From: an uncultured Fibrobacteria bacterium
GTDB taxonomy: Bacteria; Fibrobacterota; Fibrobacteria; UBA11236
NCBI GenBank assembly: GCA_963716395.1
Contig: OY970309.1
Location: 3,232,001-3,296,000 of the forward strand
Direction: 5' to 3'
DNA length: 64,000 nt
Each line of letters opens with the position of its first letter. The first letter of the stretch is position 1. The position numbers and the translations under genes were made by a program. Positions 50,266 through 59,795 of this stretch are shown here, in pieces. Below the pieces are notes generated by a model. It did not search any database. It was not told the DNA's origin and saw only the letters and a list, made by a program, of their open reading frames with translations.

Positions 50266-51681
50266 TCAGGCCTTGGTCAGATTGCCCAGAATGGCGTCGA
50301 CGCTTTTGCGAAAGCTGTCGTCGCGCTCCATGGCTTTTTCAATCGTCTTGATGGCGTGTACCACGGTGCTGTGGTCGCGGCCGCCGAAGCGCTGCCCGAT
50401 GGACTTGAGCGAGGCCGAGGTCAGCTCCTTCACCAGGAACATGGCCAGTTGCCGGGCCTGCGCCACCTCTTTGGTGCCGCGCCCCTGCTCGATGATTTTG
50501 TCGACTTCGACCACGAAATAATCGGCCACGCCCGAGGTGATGTCTTCGGGGGTGATGCGCCGCGGCGGGCGCTGGGCTCCGGTGCGGAGCACGATTTCGC
50601 GCGCGAGTTCGATGGTGATGTCGCTGTGCTTGATCGAGGCTTGTAAAAGCAATTGGCGGATGGCGCCTTCGAGGATGCGGATGTTGGAGTCGATGGCTTC
50701 GGCCAGATACGAGATGATTTCTTCGGAGATGTCGAGGTTGAGCGCCTGGGCCTTGCGCCGCAAGATGGCTTCGCGCGTTTCCCGATCGGGCGGCTGAATG
50801 TCGACGAACAACCCCCATTGAAAGCGGCTGACCAGACGGTCTTCCAAGCCTTTGAGGCCGCCCGGCGGCGCGTCGCTGGTGAGCACGATTTGCTTGCGGC
50901 TTTGATGCAGCGAGTTGAAGATGTGAAAGAATTCCTCCTGCGTGCGATCCTTGCCGCTCATGAATTGCACGTCGTCCATCAGCAGCACGTCGACCTCATG
51001 GCGGTAGAAGGCCGACATTTCGTTGATGCGGTTGTGCTGGATCGATTCCACGAACTCACGATAAAAGGCTTCGGAGGTCACATACCGCACCTTCTTGCCC
51101 GGCGTTTCCCGCATGGCGTGGTTGCCGATGGCCTGCAACAGATGCGTTTTGCCCAGCCCCACCCCGCCATAGATGAGCAGGGGGTTGAATTTCGTGCCGC
51201 CCGGATCCTTGGCCACGGCCAGGGCCGCCGAATGCGCAAATTGCGAGTTGTTGCCCACCACGAATTCCTCGAAGCTGTAGGCGGGATTGAGATCGATGGA
51301 AGGCAGGCTGCTGAACGGCACGGCCGGGCCGTGGTTGTAAAGCGACGACATGGTGGGCTGCCGGCGGAATTGCGCCCGCAGATGGCGGCCCGTGGCTTCG
51401 TAAAAGCAATGTTCGATCAAACCGGCATAGGCGCGGGTCAGATGATCCTGATCCAAGTGGGTCGGAACCGCGAGGGTGAAATGCGCATCGCCGACTTCTT
51501 GGATTTTAAGCGGCAAAAACCATTGATTGAAAACCTCTTCGGAAAGCTTTTCGCGCAGGCAACCCAAACAAGCCGCCCAGGTTCCCACCCAACTCGTCGG
51601 CGCGGCATTTGCTCCCGATGGCAGGGTGCGCCACCGAGGGGGCAGTTCGGCTTCCAAATTTTTCGGATCTTCGTGCGTCAA
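50266..51681 (-). CDS. dnaA: Chromosomal replication initiator DnaA (TTG start)
   Basis: FNPLLIYGGVGLGKTHL, LLMDDVQF, TQEEFFHIFN, RLVSRFQWGL, NIRILEGA and FGGRDHSTV. Confidence 0.96.
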   Translation of the reverse strand: MTHEDPKNLEAELPPRWRTLPSGANAAPTSWVGTWAACLGCLREKLSEEVFNQWFLPLKIQEVGDAHFTLAVPTHLDQDHLTRAYAGLIEHCFYEATGRHLRAQFRRQPTMSSLYNHGPAVPFSSLPSIDLNPAYSFEEFVVGNNSQFAHSAALAVAKDPGGTKFNPLLIYGGVGLGKTHLLQAIGNHAMRETPGKKVRYVTSEAFYREFVESIQHNRINEMSAFYRHEVDVLLMDDVQFMSGKDRTQEEFFHIFNSLHQSRKQIVLTSDAPPGGLKGLEDRLVSRFQWGLFVDIQPPDRETREAILRRKAQALNLDISEEIISYLAEAIDSNIRILEGAIRQLLLQASIKHSDITIELAREIVLRTGAQRPPRRITPEDITSGVADYFVVEVDKIIEQGRGTKEVAQARQLAMFLVKELTSASLKSIGQRFGGRDHSTVVHAIKTIEKAMERDDSFRKSVDAILGNLTKA

Positions 51682-51784
51682 GCCTGAACCCGCCCGTTGT
51701 TTTCCAGTCGAGGTTGGAATGATACTTATTTGGAAAGGTCGGAGGACCTGGAAAATCCGCAGCGATCGCTGGCGATGTTTGGTG

Positions 51785-51825
51785 TTTTTACCGCGCGCTG
51801 CTCCGCCGAGCAGCGCGTAAAAAAA
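51785..51825. promoter_or_regulatory. Inverted repeat upstream of dnaA
   Basis: cgcgctgctc-cgcc-gagcagcgcg (51794-51817), extended by tttta/taaaa. The T-runs lie 5' of the stem on both strands, so it is not an intrinsic terminator. Confidence 0.4.
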
Positions 51826-51956
51826 TTAGTTTGCAGGCATTATTGCAACGCGCTGCGGTCGGAAATTACCAAGTGCTATCATCGAGCGGCGAGGCTTATC
51901 TTTAAATCCGTTGTACCCGTCAGAGGCGGGGCCAGGCGGGAAGCAGGGTACAACCT

Positions 51957-52532
51957 ATGTCGGAAAAAATCTGGGCGATGCGCATCGAATTGTGGCTATG
52001 GGGCGGACTGATTTTGCTCATAGTCGGGCATTTGCTCTGGTGCCAGTTCATGTCTTATCCCGCCTCGTTTGAGCGTCAATTGCGTCGGGGCAAACCGTGG
52101 GTGTATATCCCCCTGCGGTGGAAGGGAATTCGCAAATTCGGAACCCTGACCTTTTCGCGTTTGCTGGTTTTGGGCATTGCCGCCGAAGGCGCGGTTTTGC
52201 TGTTGCATCAACTCGGTCGCAAAGAACCCGTCTGGTTCCTCGCTTCCGCCATTCTCTTTCTGGTGGCGGCATTGCGTTTGGATACTTTTTGGACGGAACG
52301 CCGCTATCATCAGCAGGAAGACGCGTTCTATTTGCTCCACGACGAACTGCGCGCTAAAATGGAACATGAAGGCAAGGATTTCACCGACTCCCAATGCCGC
52401 AGCCTGGCCATCTATCAGCATCAGCAAAGGCTGCGCAAAGCCGATGAAGCCGGGCATTTAATCGCCGCGATGCGGCAGGAAGCCAAGCGTTCGCGCCGGC
52501 ATGTCGCGGTCGACGAACCCGTGGAGACGTGA
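51957..52532 (+). CDS. Hypothetical membrane protein (about 3 TM)
   Basis: Hydrophobic segments plus a charged C-tail; first gene of a closely spaced + strand run. Confidence 0.7.
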   Translation: MSEKIWAMRIELWLWGGLILLIVGHLLWCQFMSYPASFERQLRRGKPWVYIPLRWKGIRKFGTLTFSRLLVLGIAAEGAVLLLHQLGRKEPVWFLASAILFLVAALRLDTFWTERRYHQQEDAFYLLHDELRAKMEHEGKDFTDSQCRSLAIYQHQQRLRKADEAGHLIAAMRQEAKRSRRHVAVDEPVET

Positions 52533-52538
52533 GGGTTT

Positions 52539-53672
52539 ATGCTTAAAGCGGCGGTTTCGCTTTTGGAAGAAGATCGCATTTGGAAAGATCGCCTGGCGGG
52601 CGATGGCATTTCCGAGGGCCATGCCCTGCCCTTCGCCGAATTCGCCTTGCGTCGCGTGTCGCGCACCTTCGCCCTGAATATTCGCGTTCTGCCCCATCCC
52701 CTGCGCGAGCATGTTTTGTACGCCTATCTGTACTGCCGCATGGCCGACACCCTGGAAGACGACGCCCACTTGCCGTCGGCGGAAAAGTCGCGCCTCTTGC
52801 GTGCCTTCGCCACCCTGTTCGCACCCGCGGAAGAAACGGCGGCCCGGGAAAAAATCCGGGCTTTCGCGGCGGAATTACCGGCCGAATGGAAATCCTCACC
52901 GGCATGGGAGCCCTTGTTGCTGATACATGCGCCGCTGGTGATCGCGCCCTTTCTGCATTTCCCCGAACCGGTGCGTATGGTCATCGCGCGTTGCGTAGAG
53001 GAGATGTGCCGTGGCATGGCCGGGTTTGCGGAAAAGTCGGCCGGCAATCGCCCGCTGATCGAAAACCTGGCGGATCTCGACAACTACTGTTATTTCGTCG
53101 CCGGAACGGTAGGTGTGCTGCTATGCGATCTCTTCATCCGCCACTCGGGAAAAATCCGTGCAGAACGCGCACATAACTTGAAATCGCTGTGTGTGTCCTT
53201 CGGTTTGGGGCTGCAACTCACCAACATTTTAAAAGACTTGCACGATGATAAAAAGCGCAACATATCCTGGTTGCCCGAAGCCTTGCTGGCCGAGGAAAAG
53301 TTGACCTTTCAGGAATTTTTGCAGCCGGATCGCCGCTCCCAAGCCAAACGCGTTTACCGTGTGCTCTTTGCCAAAACCAAAAAGCACCTCGAGGATGCGT
53401 TGGAATACTCCTGCCTCATCCCCAAATGGGATCGGCGACTCCGTCTGTTCTGCCTGTGGCCGCTGTTCATGGCGGCCGAGACCCTGGCCACCTTGGCGGA
53501 AAGCACCGAAGCCCTCACCCAGGGCGCGCGGCTAAAAATCACCCGCGCCCAGGTGCGCGACATCATTCGCCGCACGCGTTGGTTCGGCTGGTCCAACCGT
53601 TGGGTGCGGGCCGAATTCCGCAAGCCCCTGCGCCGACTGGAAACCGCCTTGCAAAGCCTGTCGGCTTCCTGA
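52539..53672 (+). CDS. Squalene/phytoene synthase family protein (squalene synthase-like)
   Basis: VSRTFALNI, YLYCRMADTLEDD, YCYFVAGTVG and FGLGLQLTNILKD. Confidence 0.9.
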   Translation: MLKAAVSLLEEDRIWKDRLAGDGISEGHALPFAEFALRRVSRTFALNIRVLPHPLREHVLYAYLYCRMADTLEDDAHLPSAEKSRLLRAFATLFAPAEETAAREKIRAFAAELPAEWKSSPAWEPLLLIHAPLVIAPFLHFPEPVRMVIARCVEEMCRGMAGFAEKSAGNRPLIENLADLDNYCYFVAGTVGVLLCDLFIRHSGKIRAERAHNLKSLCVSFGLGLQLTNILKDLHDDKKRNISWLPEALLAEEKLTFQEFLQPDRRSQAKRVYRVLFAKTKKHLEDALEYSCLIPKWDRRLRLFCLWPLFMAAETLATLAESTEALTQGARLKITRAQVRDIIRRTRWFGWSNRWVRAEFRKPLRRLETALQSLSAS

Positions 53673-53688
53673 GCGGGGTGGGAAAATC

Positions 53689-54297
53689 GTGCAGCGTTCC
53701 TCTCCCCTGTCTGCGGCATTCCGGCTGGGCCTGCTGGCCGGGATCCTGGCCTTGGATCAAGCCACCAAATTTTGGGCGCGCATGCGCTTTTCCCTGCCCG
53801 GCGGCCAACCCGATTATGCGCAATCGCTGGCCATCGTCGGCGATTGGGTCCGTTTTCGCTTGGTCTACAATACCGGAGCGGCCTTCGGCATGCGTCCGCA
53901 GAATGTTCTGCCGTTTTTAAGCCCTACCTGGTTCTATGCCCTCTTTTCGCTGGCGGCCATTGTATTTCTCGCCGTGTATTACCGGCGGTTGGGCCCGGGA
54001 GAAGCGGCCACGCGCCTGGGCGTGGTGTTGATTCTGGCCGGGGCGATCGGCAATCTCGTGGATCGCCTGTGCTTCCACCGCGTCACCGATTTCATCGATG
54101 TGGGGATTCCCGGCCTTTTCCCGCGCTGGCCCACCTTCAACGTGGCCGACAGCAGCGTGTGCATCGGCATGGCGCTGCTGCTGCTCCTGCCGCTGTGGGC
54201 CCGGCGTACGGCGGCGCATGCCGTCGCGCCCCCCGAACCGGGAGCGGTTGAGGAAAAGCCGCCGGGCATCGCCACCGGCGGCCACCATGGATCCTGA
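53689..54297 (+). CDS. lspA: Lipoprotein signal peptidase II
   Basis: LDQATK, NTGAAFG, GAIGNLVDR, VTDFID and WPTFNVADS. Confidence 0.95.
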   Translation: MQRSSPLSAAFRLGLLAGILALDQATKFWARMRFSLPGGQPDYAQSLAIVGDWVRFRLVYNTGAAFGMRPQNVLPFLSPTWFYALFSLAAIVFLAVYYRRLGPGEAATRLGVVLILAGAIGNLVDRLCFHRVTDFIDVGIPGLFPRWPTFNVADSSVCIGMALLLLLPLWARRTAAHAVAPPEPGAVEEKPPGIATGGHHGS

Positions 54298-55273
54298 GCC
54301 CTTGCGGCTTCAGTACGGGGACGAAGCTCCGGCGGGCGAAAGACTCGACAAATATCTCAGCCAGGCCTTGGGCGATGCCTCCCGCACGCGCATCCAGCAG
54401 TGGATCGCGCAGGGACGCGTGCGCGTCGGCGGCAAAGCCGCGGCCAAGAACGCCCGCCTGCGCGTGGGCGACCTAGTCGAAGTGTGGGTGCCGATCGAGG
54501 CGGAACCCGCGCGCGTGGAAGCCGAAGACCTTCCCCTGTCGGTGGTGTACGAAGACGCTTGGCTGGCCGTGGTGGATAAACCAAAAGGCATGGTGGTTCA
54601 CCCCGGCCACGGCGTTCCGCGGGGTACCTTGGCCAACGCCCTGGCCCACCGCTTCCGCCGGTTGTCCGATCTGGGCGGGTCGGATCGGCCCGGCATCGTG
54701 CACCGCCTCGATCGCGATACCACCGGACTGCTGGTGGTGGCGCGCGACAACGCCACCCATGCGGCCCTGGCGCGGCAATTGACCGAACGCAACGTGCACC
54801 GCACCTATACAGCCCTGTGTTGGCGCGAGTTGGATCGCAGCACGGGCACTTTTTCGTGGCCGCTGGGCCGGCATGCGCGCGATCCTTTGCGCCGCGCCGT
54901 GCGCGACGACGGCAAAGCCGCGGTCACCCATTTTCAGGTCGCCGGCTGGTTCCAATTCGCCACCCAGCTCGACGTCGAGTTGGAAACCGGCCGCACCCAT
55001 CAAATTCGGGTGCACTTCGCGCATGCAGGCCACCCCATCGCCGGCGACGCGTTGTACGGCGGCCGCGAAAGCGCGCTGGCGCGCCTGGCGCCGCTGCTGC
55101 AAGCCCCGGCGGCGGGACTGCTCAAGCGGCTCGGCTCGCAGGCGTTGCATGCGCAGCGCCTGCAGTTCCGCCATCCGCACGAGGGCGTCCTGCGCACCTT
55201 CGCCGCGCCCCTGCCCGACGAATTCCGAGCCGCGTTGGATTATTTGCAACCCTATCAGCGACGGGAACCATGA
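54287..55273 (+). CDS. rluD: RluA/RluD-family 23S rRNA pseudouridine synthase
   Basis: S4 domain RLDKYL, DKPKGMVVHP, RPGIVHRLDRDTTG, TGRTHQIRVH and QALHA. Confidence 0.93.
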   Translation: MDPEPLRLQYGDEAPAGERLDKYLSQALGDASRTRIQQWIAQGRVRVGGKAAAKNARLRVGDLVEVWVPIEAEPARVEAEDLPLSVVYEDAWLAVVDKPKGMVVHPGHGVPRGTLANALAHRFRRLSDLGGSDRPGIVHRLDRDTTGLLVVARDNATHAALARQLTERNVHRTYTALCWRELDRSTGTFSWPLGRHARDPLRRAVRDDGKAAVTHFQVAGWFQFATQLDVELETGRTHQIRVHFAHAGHPIAGDALYGGRESALARLAPLLQAPAAGLLKRLGSQALHAQRLQFRHPHEGVLRTFAAPLPDEFRAALDYLQPYQRREP

Positions 55274-56184
55274 GGAACAAAAAACTGCCCGACCTCGATT
55301 TCAACCGCGCCCTGGCGCGCGGCCATGTCTGCTATAACGCGCGCGTGGGAGCCTGGTGGGAGAGTCAGGCGGCCGACGGCGCGCATCGCCGGGCCTACCG
55401 GCAGTTGGCCGACTACGTGCGCCAATCCGCTTTCGGCCGGGCGCCCGGGGCGCCCCTGCTCGTCGACTACGGATGCGGCAGCGGCGCATTTCTGGCCGAG
55501 CTGGCCCGGCGCCTGCCGCGGGCCCGTTTGGTTGGTCTCGACGGTTCGCACAAAATGCTGGCACGGGCGGCGGCGCGGCTGGCCGCGGCGGGCGTGACCT
55601 GCGAGTTGCTGCCGGCGGAGCGGGCCTTTGCCGAGCGCGGAGCGCGCGTGCGGCTGGTGCAAACACGCCTGCCCAATTTCCGCTTACCGCCAGGCCGGGC
55701 CGACGCCGTGTCCTTCATTTTTCCCAACATCGCCCCGGCCGCATCGGAACAGCCGATGTATGACCGCCACGGTTACCGCAACCGCGATGATACGGCGGTG
55801 GCCACCCTGCTGGCCCGCTTCCGTGAAATGGATCCCGAAGACGACGTGACCAGCGACGACCCCGAAACCCTGTACCACGGCCTGCTCACCGATCGCGTGC
55901 TGGCCCGCAACATCCGCGGCTTGCTGCGGCCGCGGGGATGGTGGTTCAAGGCCGACTACGCCAATGCGCCGCGCATCGAACTGGGACAAATCTCACAATG
56001 GCGCTCGCTGTTCGCCGAGGGCGCGTTGGCCGATGCCCTCAAGGGACGGCATTGCCAGGCCTTTTTCGCCTTGCGCGACAACCGCTACCATCGTTCGCAG
56101 GTCATTCTCGACGTCTACCATCAGACCCGCGATCCCGCCGATCAAACCGGCGGCTATTTCGTGACTTTGTTTGCGGTGCGATGA
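55270..56184 (+). CDS. Class I SAM-dependent methyltransferase
   Basis: Motif I LVDYGCGSG and VGLDGS; ATGA overlap with the rluD stop. Confidence 0.8.
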   Translation: MRNKKLPDLDFNRALARGHVCYNARVGAWWESQAADGAHRRAYRQLADYVRQSAFGRAPGAPLLVDYGCGSGAFLAELARRLPRARLVGLDGSHKMLARAAARLAAAGVTCELLPAERAFAERGARVRLVQTRLPNFRLPPGRADAVSFIFPNIAPAASEQPMYDRHGYRNRDDTAVATLLARFREMDPEDDVTSDDPETLYHGLLTDRVLARNIRGLLRPRGWWFKADYANAPRIELGQISQWRSLFAEGALADALKGRHCQAFFALRDNRYHRSQVILDVYHQTRDPADQTGGYFVTLFAVR

Positions 56185-56227
56185 ACCACCCCGTCCGCCT
56201 GCGTCGGACCGGCGGCGACGGGGCATC
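56181..56227 (-). mobile_element. IS200/IS605-end-like palindromic element (copy C, diverged)
   Basis: + strand atgaaccaccccgtccgcct...ggcggcgacggggcatc, with the same ATGAACYACC start and CGGGGCAT end as copies A and B. Stem ccccgtc/gacgggg; overlaps a TGA stop. Confidence 0.5.
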
Positions 56228-56314
56228 GGGAAGAATGCAAGTGGTCCGCGTCCGCCTTAGGCGGAAAGGTCTTCCGCAGCGCGACTTTCTCTGCGGAGAG
56301 CCCGCGGCAGGGTT

Positions 56315-58804
56315 TCAGGCTTCGGCGGTGTCGCCTTCGGCTTTTTTCGGGGCGCGCCTCCGCCCCTTGAATTCGCGCGGCGGAAACTCGAAACTGATTT
56401 TTCCCTGCGGTGACAATTTGAGGTAGGCATCGAAAAAGCGGCGCGTTTTGGACGATTGAAAACCTTGGATCAGGCCGGTGCGGCCTTCGGTCAGTAACTT
56501 GCGAATGACGTCGCGGTCGAGTTGTTTGCCCAGAATCATTTTACCGATGCGCAACCCGCTGCCGTTCGACCCGCCTTGGGAGACGTAGGCGGTCAGGGTT
56601 TCCAGCACGGGCGATCCGTCGACGGGCGAGGTTCCCAGCGGTTCGGGATTTACGATTTCAGGCTTCTCCCCGTCGGCGTTCTCGAACACGAATTCGACCT
56701 TGCGCAGGTCGGTGAAGCGCAGCGCGGCCGAAAAGGGCTTACCCTGTTTGCTGCGGAATCCGGTCAGCGGGCCGATGCGTTTTTCCCGCATCAGTTCTTC
56801 CACTTCCGCCGCGCCCATCTGCCGGCCGCCCAGCATTTTGCGCACCACCACCTTGCCGTCTTCCGATTCCCAGCGGCTGGGCGTTTCAAACATGGGTTTG
56901 CCGTCCAAAGGATTGGTGAAGCCGGCAGGTTTGCGATCCTTGTCTTCGTCGTAATTCTTGATGGCTTCGACCATGCGGCGGGTCAGGCTTTGAATTTCGT
57001 GCATGAAGGCTGCGCGCGTCTCCTGGCCTTTTTCCATGCGGTTGAGCTTGAACTCCCATTCACCGGTCAGCTCGGGCGAGGTCAATTCGGCGATGCCGAT
57101 GGCCGAAAGGATGCGCAACAGATCCAGAGCCTTGGCCGTGGGGATCAGTTCTTTGCCTTCGCGCACCACGTACTTATCCTGTATCAATCCTTCAATAACG
57201 GCCGCGCGCGTGGCCGGCGTGCCCAAGCCGCGTTCTTTCATGGCCGCGCGCAATTCCTCGTCTTCGACGTACTTGCCCGCGCTTTCCATGAACGACAACA
57301 GGGTTGATTCGGTGAAGCGCGGCGGCGGGCGGGTGCGGTCGGCGCGCACCTCGGTTTCGGCGGCCGTCACGGCCTGGCCCGGCCGCCAGGCCGTCAGAAT
57401 GGATTCTTCCTGGGCGTCGATGCCGTACACGGCCTTCCATCCGGGAATTTCCAGCACGCGCCCTTCGGTGCGGAAGGATTCGCCCGCGACCAGGGAGATC
57501 CGCGTGGTCTGCAAATACTTGGCCGCCGGAAAAAAAACCGCGATGAAGCGCTGCGTCACGGCCTGATAAATCTTGTGTTCGGCCTCGGAAAGGCCGGTGG
57601 GCAACACATTGGTGGGAATGATGGCGAAATGATCCGAAACCTTGGAGCCGTCGAAGATGCGGCGGTCGGGACGCACCAAGCCCTTGTCGTCGGCTTCGCC
57701 CGCGAAGGCGCCGAACTCTCCCTGGCGCAGAGTTTTCATCAGACCCTGGGCCACGGGCAGATAATCGTCGGGCAGAAAGCGGCTGTCGGTACGCGGATAG
57801 GTCAGCGCCTTGTGCCGCTCGTACAGCGCCTGGGCGATCGACAAGGTGGTTTTGGCGCTGAAGCCGAAGCGCGAATTGGCCTCGCGCTGCAAGGCCGTCA
57901 AATCGTAAAGCGGCGGGCAGCTTTGCAGCGAAGGCTTCTGGGTTTCCGACACTTCGGCGTTAAGTCCGCGGCATTTTTCCGCGATGGCTAGGGCGCGCGC
58001 TTCGTCCCACATCCGCTCCGCGCGCGCATCGTCGTCGCCTTTTTTCTGGAAAGCGGGATCGAACCAGCGGCCGGGATAGGTGGCGCCCCCGGCGATGGCG
58101 AATACCGCGTGCACCTCGAAATAATCCCGGGGCAGGAATCGGCTGCGCTCGTCTTCGCGCTGCACCATCATCGACAGGGTGGGCGTCTGCACGCGGCCGC
58201 AGGGCGTCAGGAAGAATCCGCCGTGCTGCGATTTGTAGCCGGTCAGAGCGCGCGAGCCGTTGATGCCCACCAGCCAGTCGGCTTCGGAGCGGCATTGCGC
58301 GGCCTGTGCCAGATTCTGCATCTCGGCGTCTTCGCGCAGATGGCGCAAGGCCTCCTGCATGGCCGTCAAGGTCATGCTTTGCAGCCACAGGCGACGCGCC
58401 ACCGTGTGCACGGGCTTTTGCTCGGATACGTATTGCAGGATGTAGCGGAAAATGAGTTCGCCTTCGCGGCCGGCGTCGCAGGCGTTGATGACTTCGGTTA
58501 CGTCTTTGCGGCGGATCAATTTGGCCAGGGTCATGAGCTGGCCCTTGGTTTTGGGCAGCGGCTTGATGGCGAAGCGCTCGGGGATGATGGGCAGGTTGTC
58601 GAGCGACCAGGTTTTGTGGCGGTCGTCCATTTCTTTGGGCGTGGCCAGGGTCACCAGATGCCCCAGCGCGAACGACACCAGATAGTGATCGCTTTCCCAG
58701 TAATTCTCGTGCTTTTCGAATTTTTCCGGCAGCGCCTTGAGCAGATCCTGCGCGACGCTCGGCTTTTCGGCGATAATCAGGGTCTTCTTTGAATCAGAAG
58801 GCAA
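56315..58804 (-). CDS. topB: DNA topoisomerase III (type IA); probable TTG start at 58804
   Basis: LIIAEKPSVA, NACDAGREGELIF, CGRVQTPTL, active-site LTYPRTD, GLGTPATRA and C-terminal 'GF.S..G..F.A.L' repeats. Confidence 0.93.
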   Translation of the reverse strand: MPSDSKKTLIIAEKPSVAQDLLKALPEKFEKHENYWESDHYLVSFALGHLVTLATPKEMDDRHKTWSLDNLPIIPERFAIKPLPKTKGQLMTLAKLIRRKDVTEVINACDAGREGELIFRYILQYVSEQKPVHTVARRLWLQSMTLTAMQEALRHLREDAEMQNLAQAAQCRSEADWLVGINGSRALTGYKSQHGGFFLTPCGRVQTPTLSMMVQREDERSRFLPRDYFEVHAVFAIAGGATYPGRWFDPAFQKKGDDDARAERMWDEARALAIAEKCRGLNAEVSETQKPSLQSCPPLYDLTALQREANSRFGFSAKTTLSIAQALYERHKALTYPRTDSRFLPDDYLPVAQGLMKTLRQGEFGAFAGEADDKGLVRPDRRIFDGSKVSDHFAIIPTNVLPTGLSEAEHKIYQAVTQRFIAVFFPAAKYLQTTRISLVAGESFRTEGRVLEIPGWKAVYGIDAQEESILTAWRPGQAVTAAETEVRADRTRPPPRFTESTLLSFMESAGKYVEDEELRAAMKERGLGTPATRAAVIEGLIQDKYVVREGKELIPTAKALDLLRILSAIGIAELTSPELTGEWEFKLNRMEKGQETRAAFMHEIQSLTRRMVEAIKNYDEDKDRKPAGFTNPLDGKPMFETPSRWESEDGKVVVRKMLGGRQMGAAEVEELMREKRIGPLTGFRSKQGKPFSAALRFTDLRKVEFVFENADGEKPEIVNPEPLGTSPVDGSPVLETLTAYVSQGGSNGSGLRIGKMILGKQLDRDVIRKLLTEGRTGLIQGFQSSKTRRFFDAYLKLSPQGKISFEFPPREFKGRRRAPKKAEGDTAEA

Positions 58805-58896
58805 TTCCGGGGATCCTTTCTCGGGATGGACAATAATAATACACGTGTCCAACCGGCCTTCGACCGCGGGCCGACTTTCCGGAAGTCATGTGCGGA

Positions 58897-59667
58897 TTAC
58901 AGCAACGCGCCGGTTGCGGGCGGACCTTCGGGGCTTTCGACCCGACGGCATACGTCGGCCGCCAGTTTCGGCCGCACCGCGTCCCAATGGCGCGACAGAA
59001 CGTCGGCCACCAGCCGCGTGTTGTCGGTGTCTTCGCCCTTGATGCGGAAACCCACGGCCCGGAACATTTGCAGGTGATCGTAACCGCCGTGTACTGCTTG
59101 GTTTTCCTGGTCGCTCAGGCGAATGGCGTCTTTGACTTCGAACAGGGCCTGGATCAATGCTTCGGCGTAGCGCTCGTCGCGCAAGAGCATGAACATGCGC
59201 TTCCACACGGGACGGCGACGCAAGGTTTCGCGGAAACCCTGCGCGTCGGAATGCCGCTGCCAGCGTTGATCCAGGCGCAGAAAGCCTTCGCAACGGCTCA
59301 GGGTGCGTTGGAATTCGTCGTCAGCCGACGACAGATTCCACGACGCCACGTGCACCGTGCCGCTGCCGCGCCGCACCATCTGCCGCAGCCAGATCAAGGC
59401 CTCCCAGGATCCGCGCCCCAATTGGCCCGGTTCCCAGAGCACCAGATGCCCGATGCCTTCGGCGTCGGTGCGCCGCAGGGCTTGCAGCAATCCGGGCCGC
59501 AGCGATCCCGGCGGCGAAGGCTCGTCGTCCTGCTCCACCTCCGGTACGGTTTCGAGGCCGTGGTTCATGCAATAGGTCTGCAGTTCGACCAGCTGGCTAT
59601 CCAACGAGCGGGTGCCCGGATCTTCGGGCCACACCGAGCAGTACAATAGCGCTTTGTTGTTGTGCAT
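58897..59667 (-). CDS. Resolvase/serine-recombinase-fold protein lacking catalytic residues, with an unknown C-terminal domain
   Basis: KALLYCSVW...SLDSQLVELQTYC...RPGL...LVLWEPGQLGR parallels YxRVS...SL..Q...RP.L...DRLGR. Confidence 0.65.
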   Translation of the reverse strand: MHNNKALLYCSVWPEDPGTRSLDSQLVELQTYCMNHGLETVPEVEQDDEPSPPGSLRPGLLQALRRTDAEGIGHLVLWEPGQLGRGSWEALIWLRQMVRRGSGTVHVASWNLSSADDEFQRTLSRCEGFLRLDQRWQRHSDAQGFRETLRRRPVWKRMFMLLRDERYAEALIQALFEVKDAIRLSDQENQAVHGGYDHLQMFRAVGFRIKGEDTDNTRLVADVLSRHWDAVRPKLAADVCRRVESPEGPPATGALL

Positions 59668-59795
59668 AAGCCGCCTTTAATATAAAAGACGCCGGGCGGT
59701 TTGGGAATCTGCCGCGTGGTTTATCGCGGGCGAGACAGACATAATTAATGCGAAAATTAATCCGAAAGTTCATCCATCTCGGCGGTGTTTCCAAA

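Noticed and set aside
51910-51954. SRP (4.5S) RNA, suggested by CAGG...GGAAGCAG
   Set aside because: The GNRA-capped inner stem between CAGG and AGCAG is missing and the element is too short.
51682-51956. oriC next to dnaA
   Set aside because: No canonical DnaA-box cluster or clear AT-rich unwinding element is visible.
30106-55273. N-terminal extensions in the ORF track for eno, the GT4 at 37029, rnr, glgM, rluD and the methyltransferase
   Set aside because: They overlap neighbouring genes; family homology and RBS or stop-start overlaps point to downstream starts.
58897-59667. Active integrase/resolvase marking a mobile element
   Set aside because: The catalytic serine motif is absent, and there are no att/res-like repeats or cargo; the flanks are housekeeping genes.
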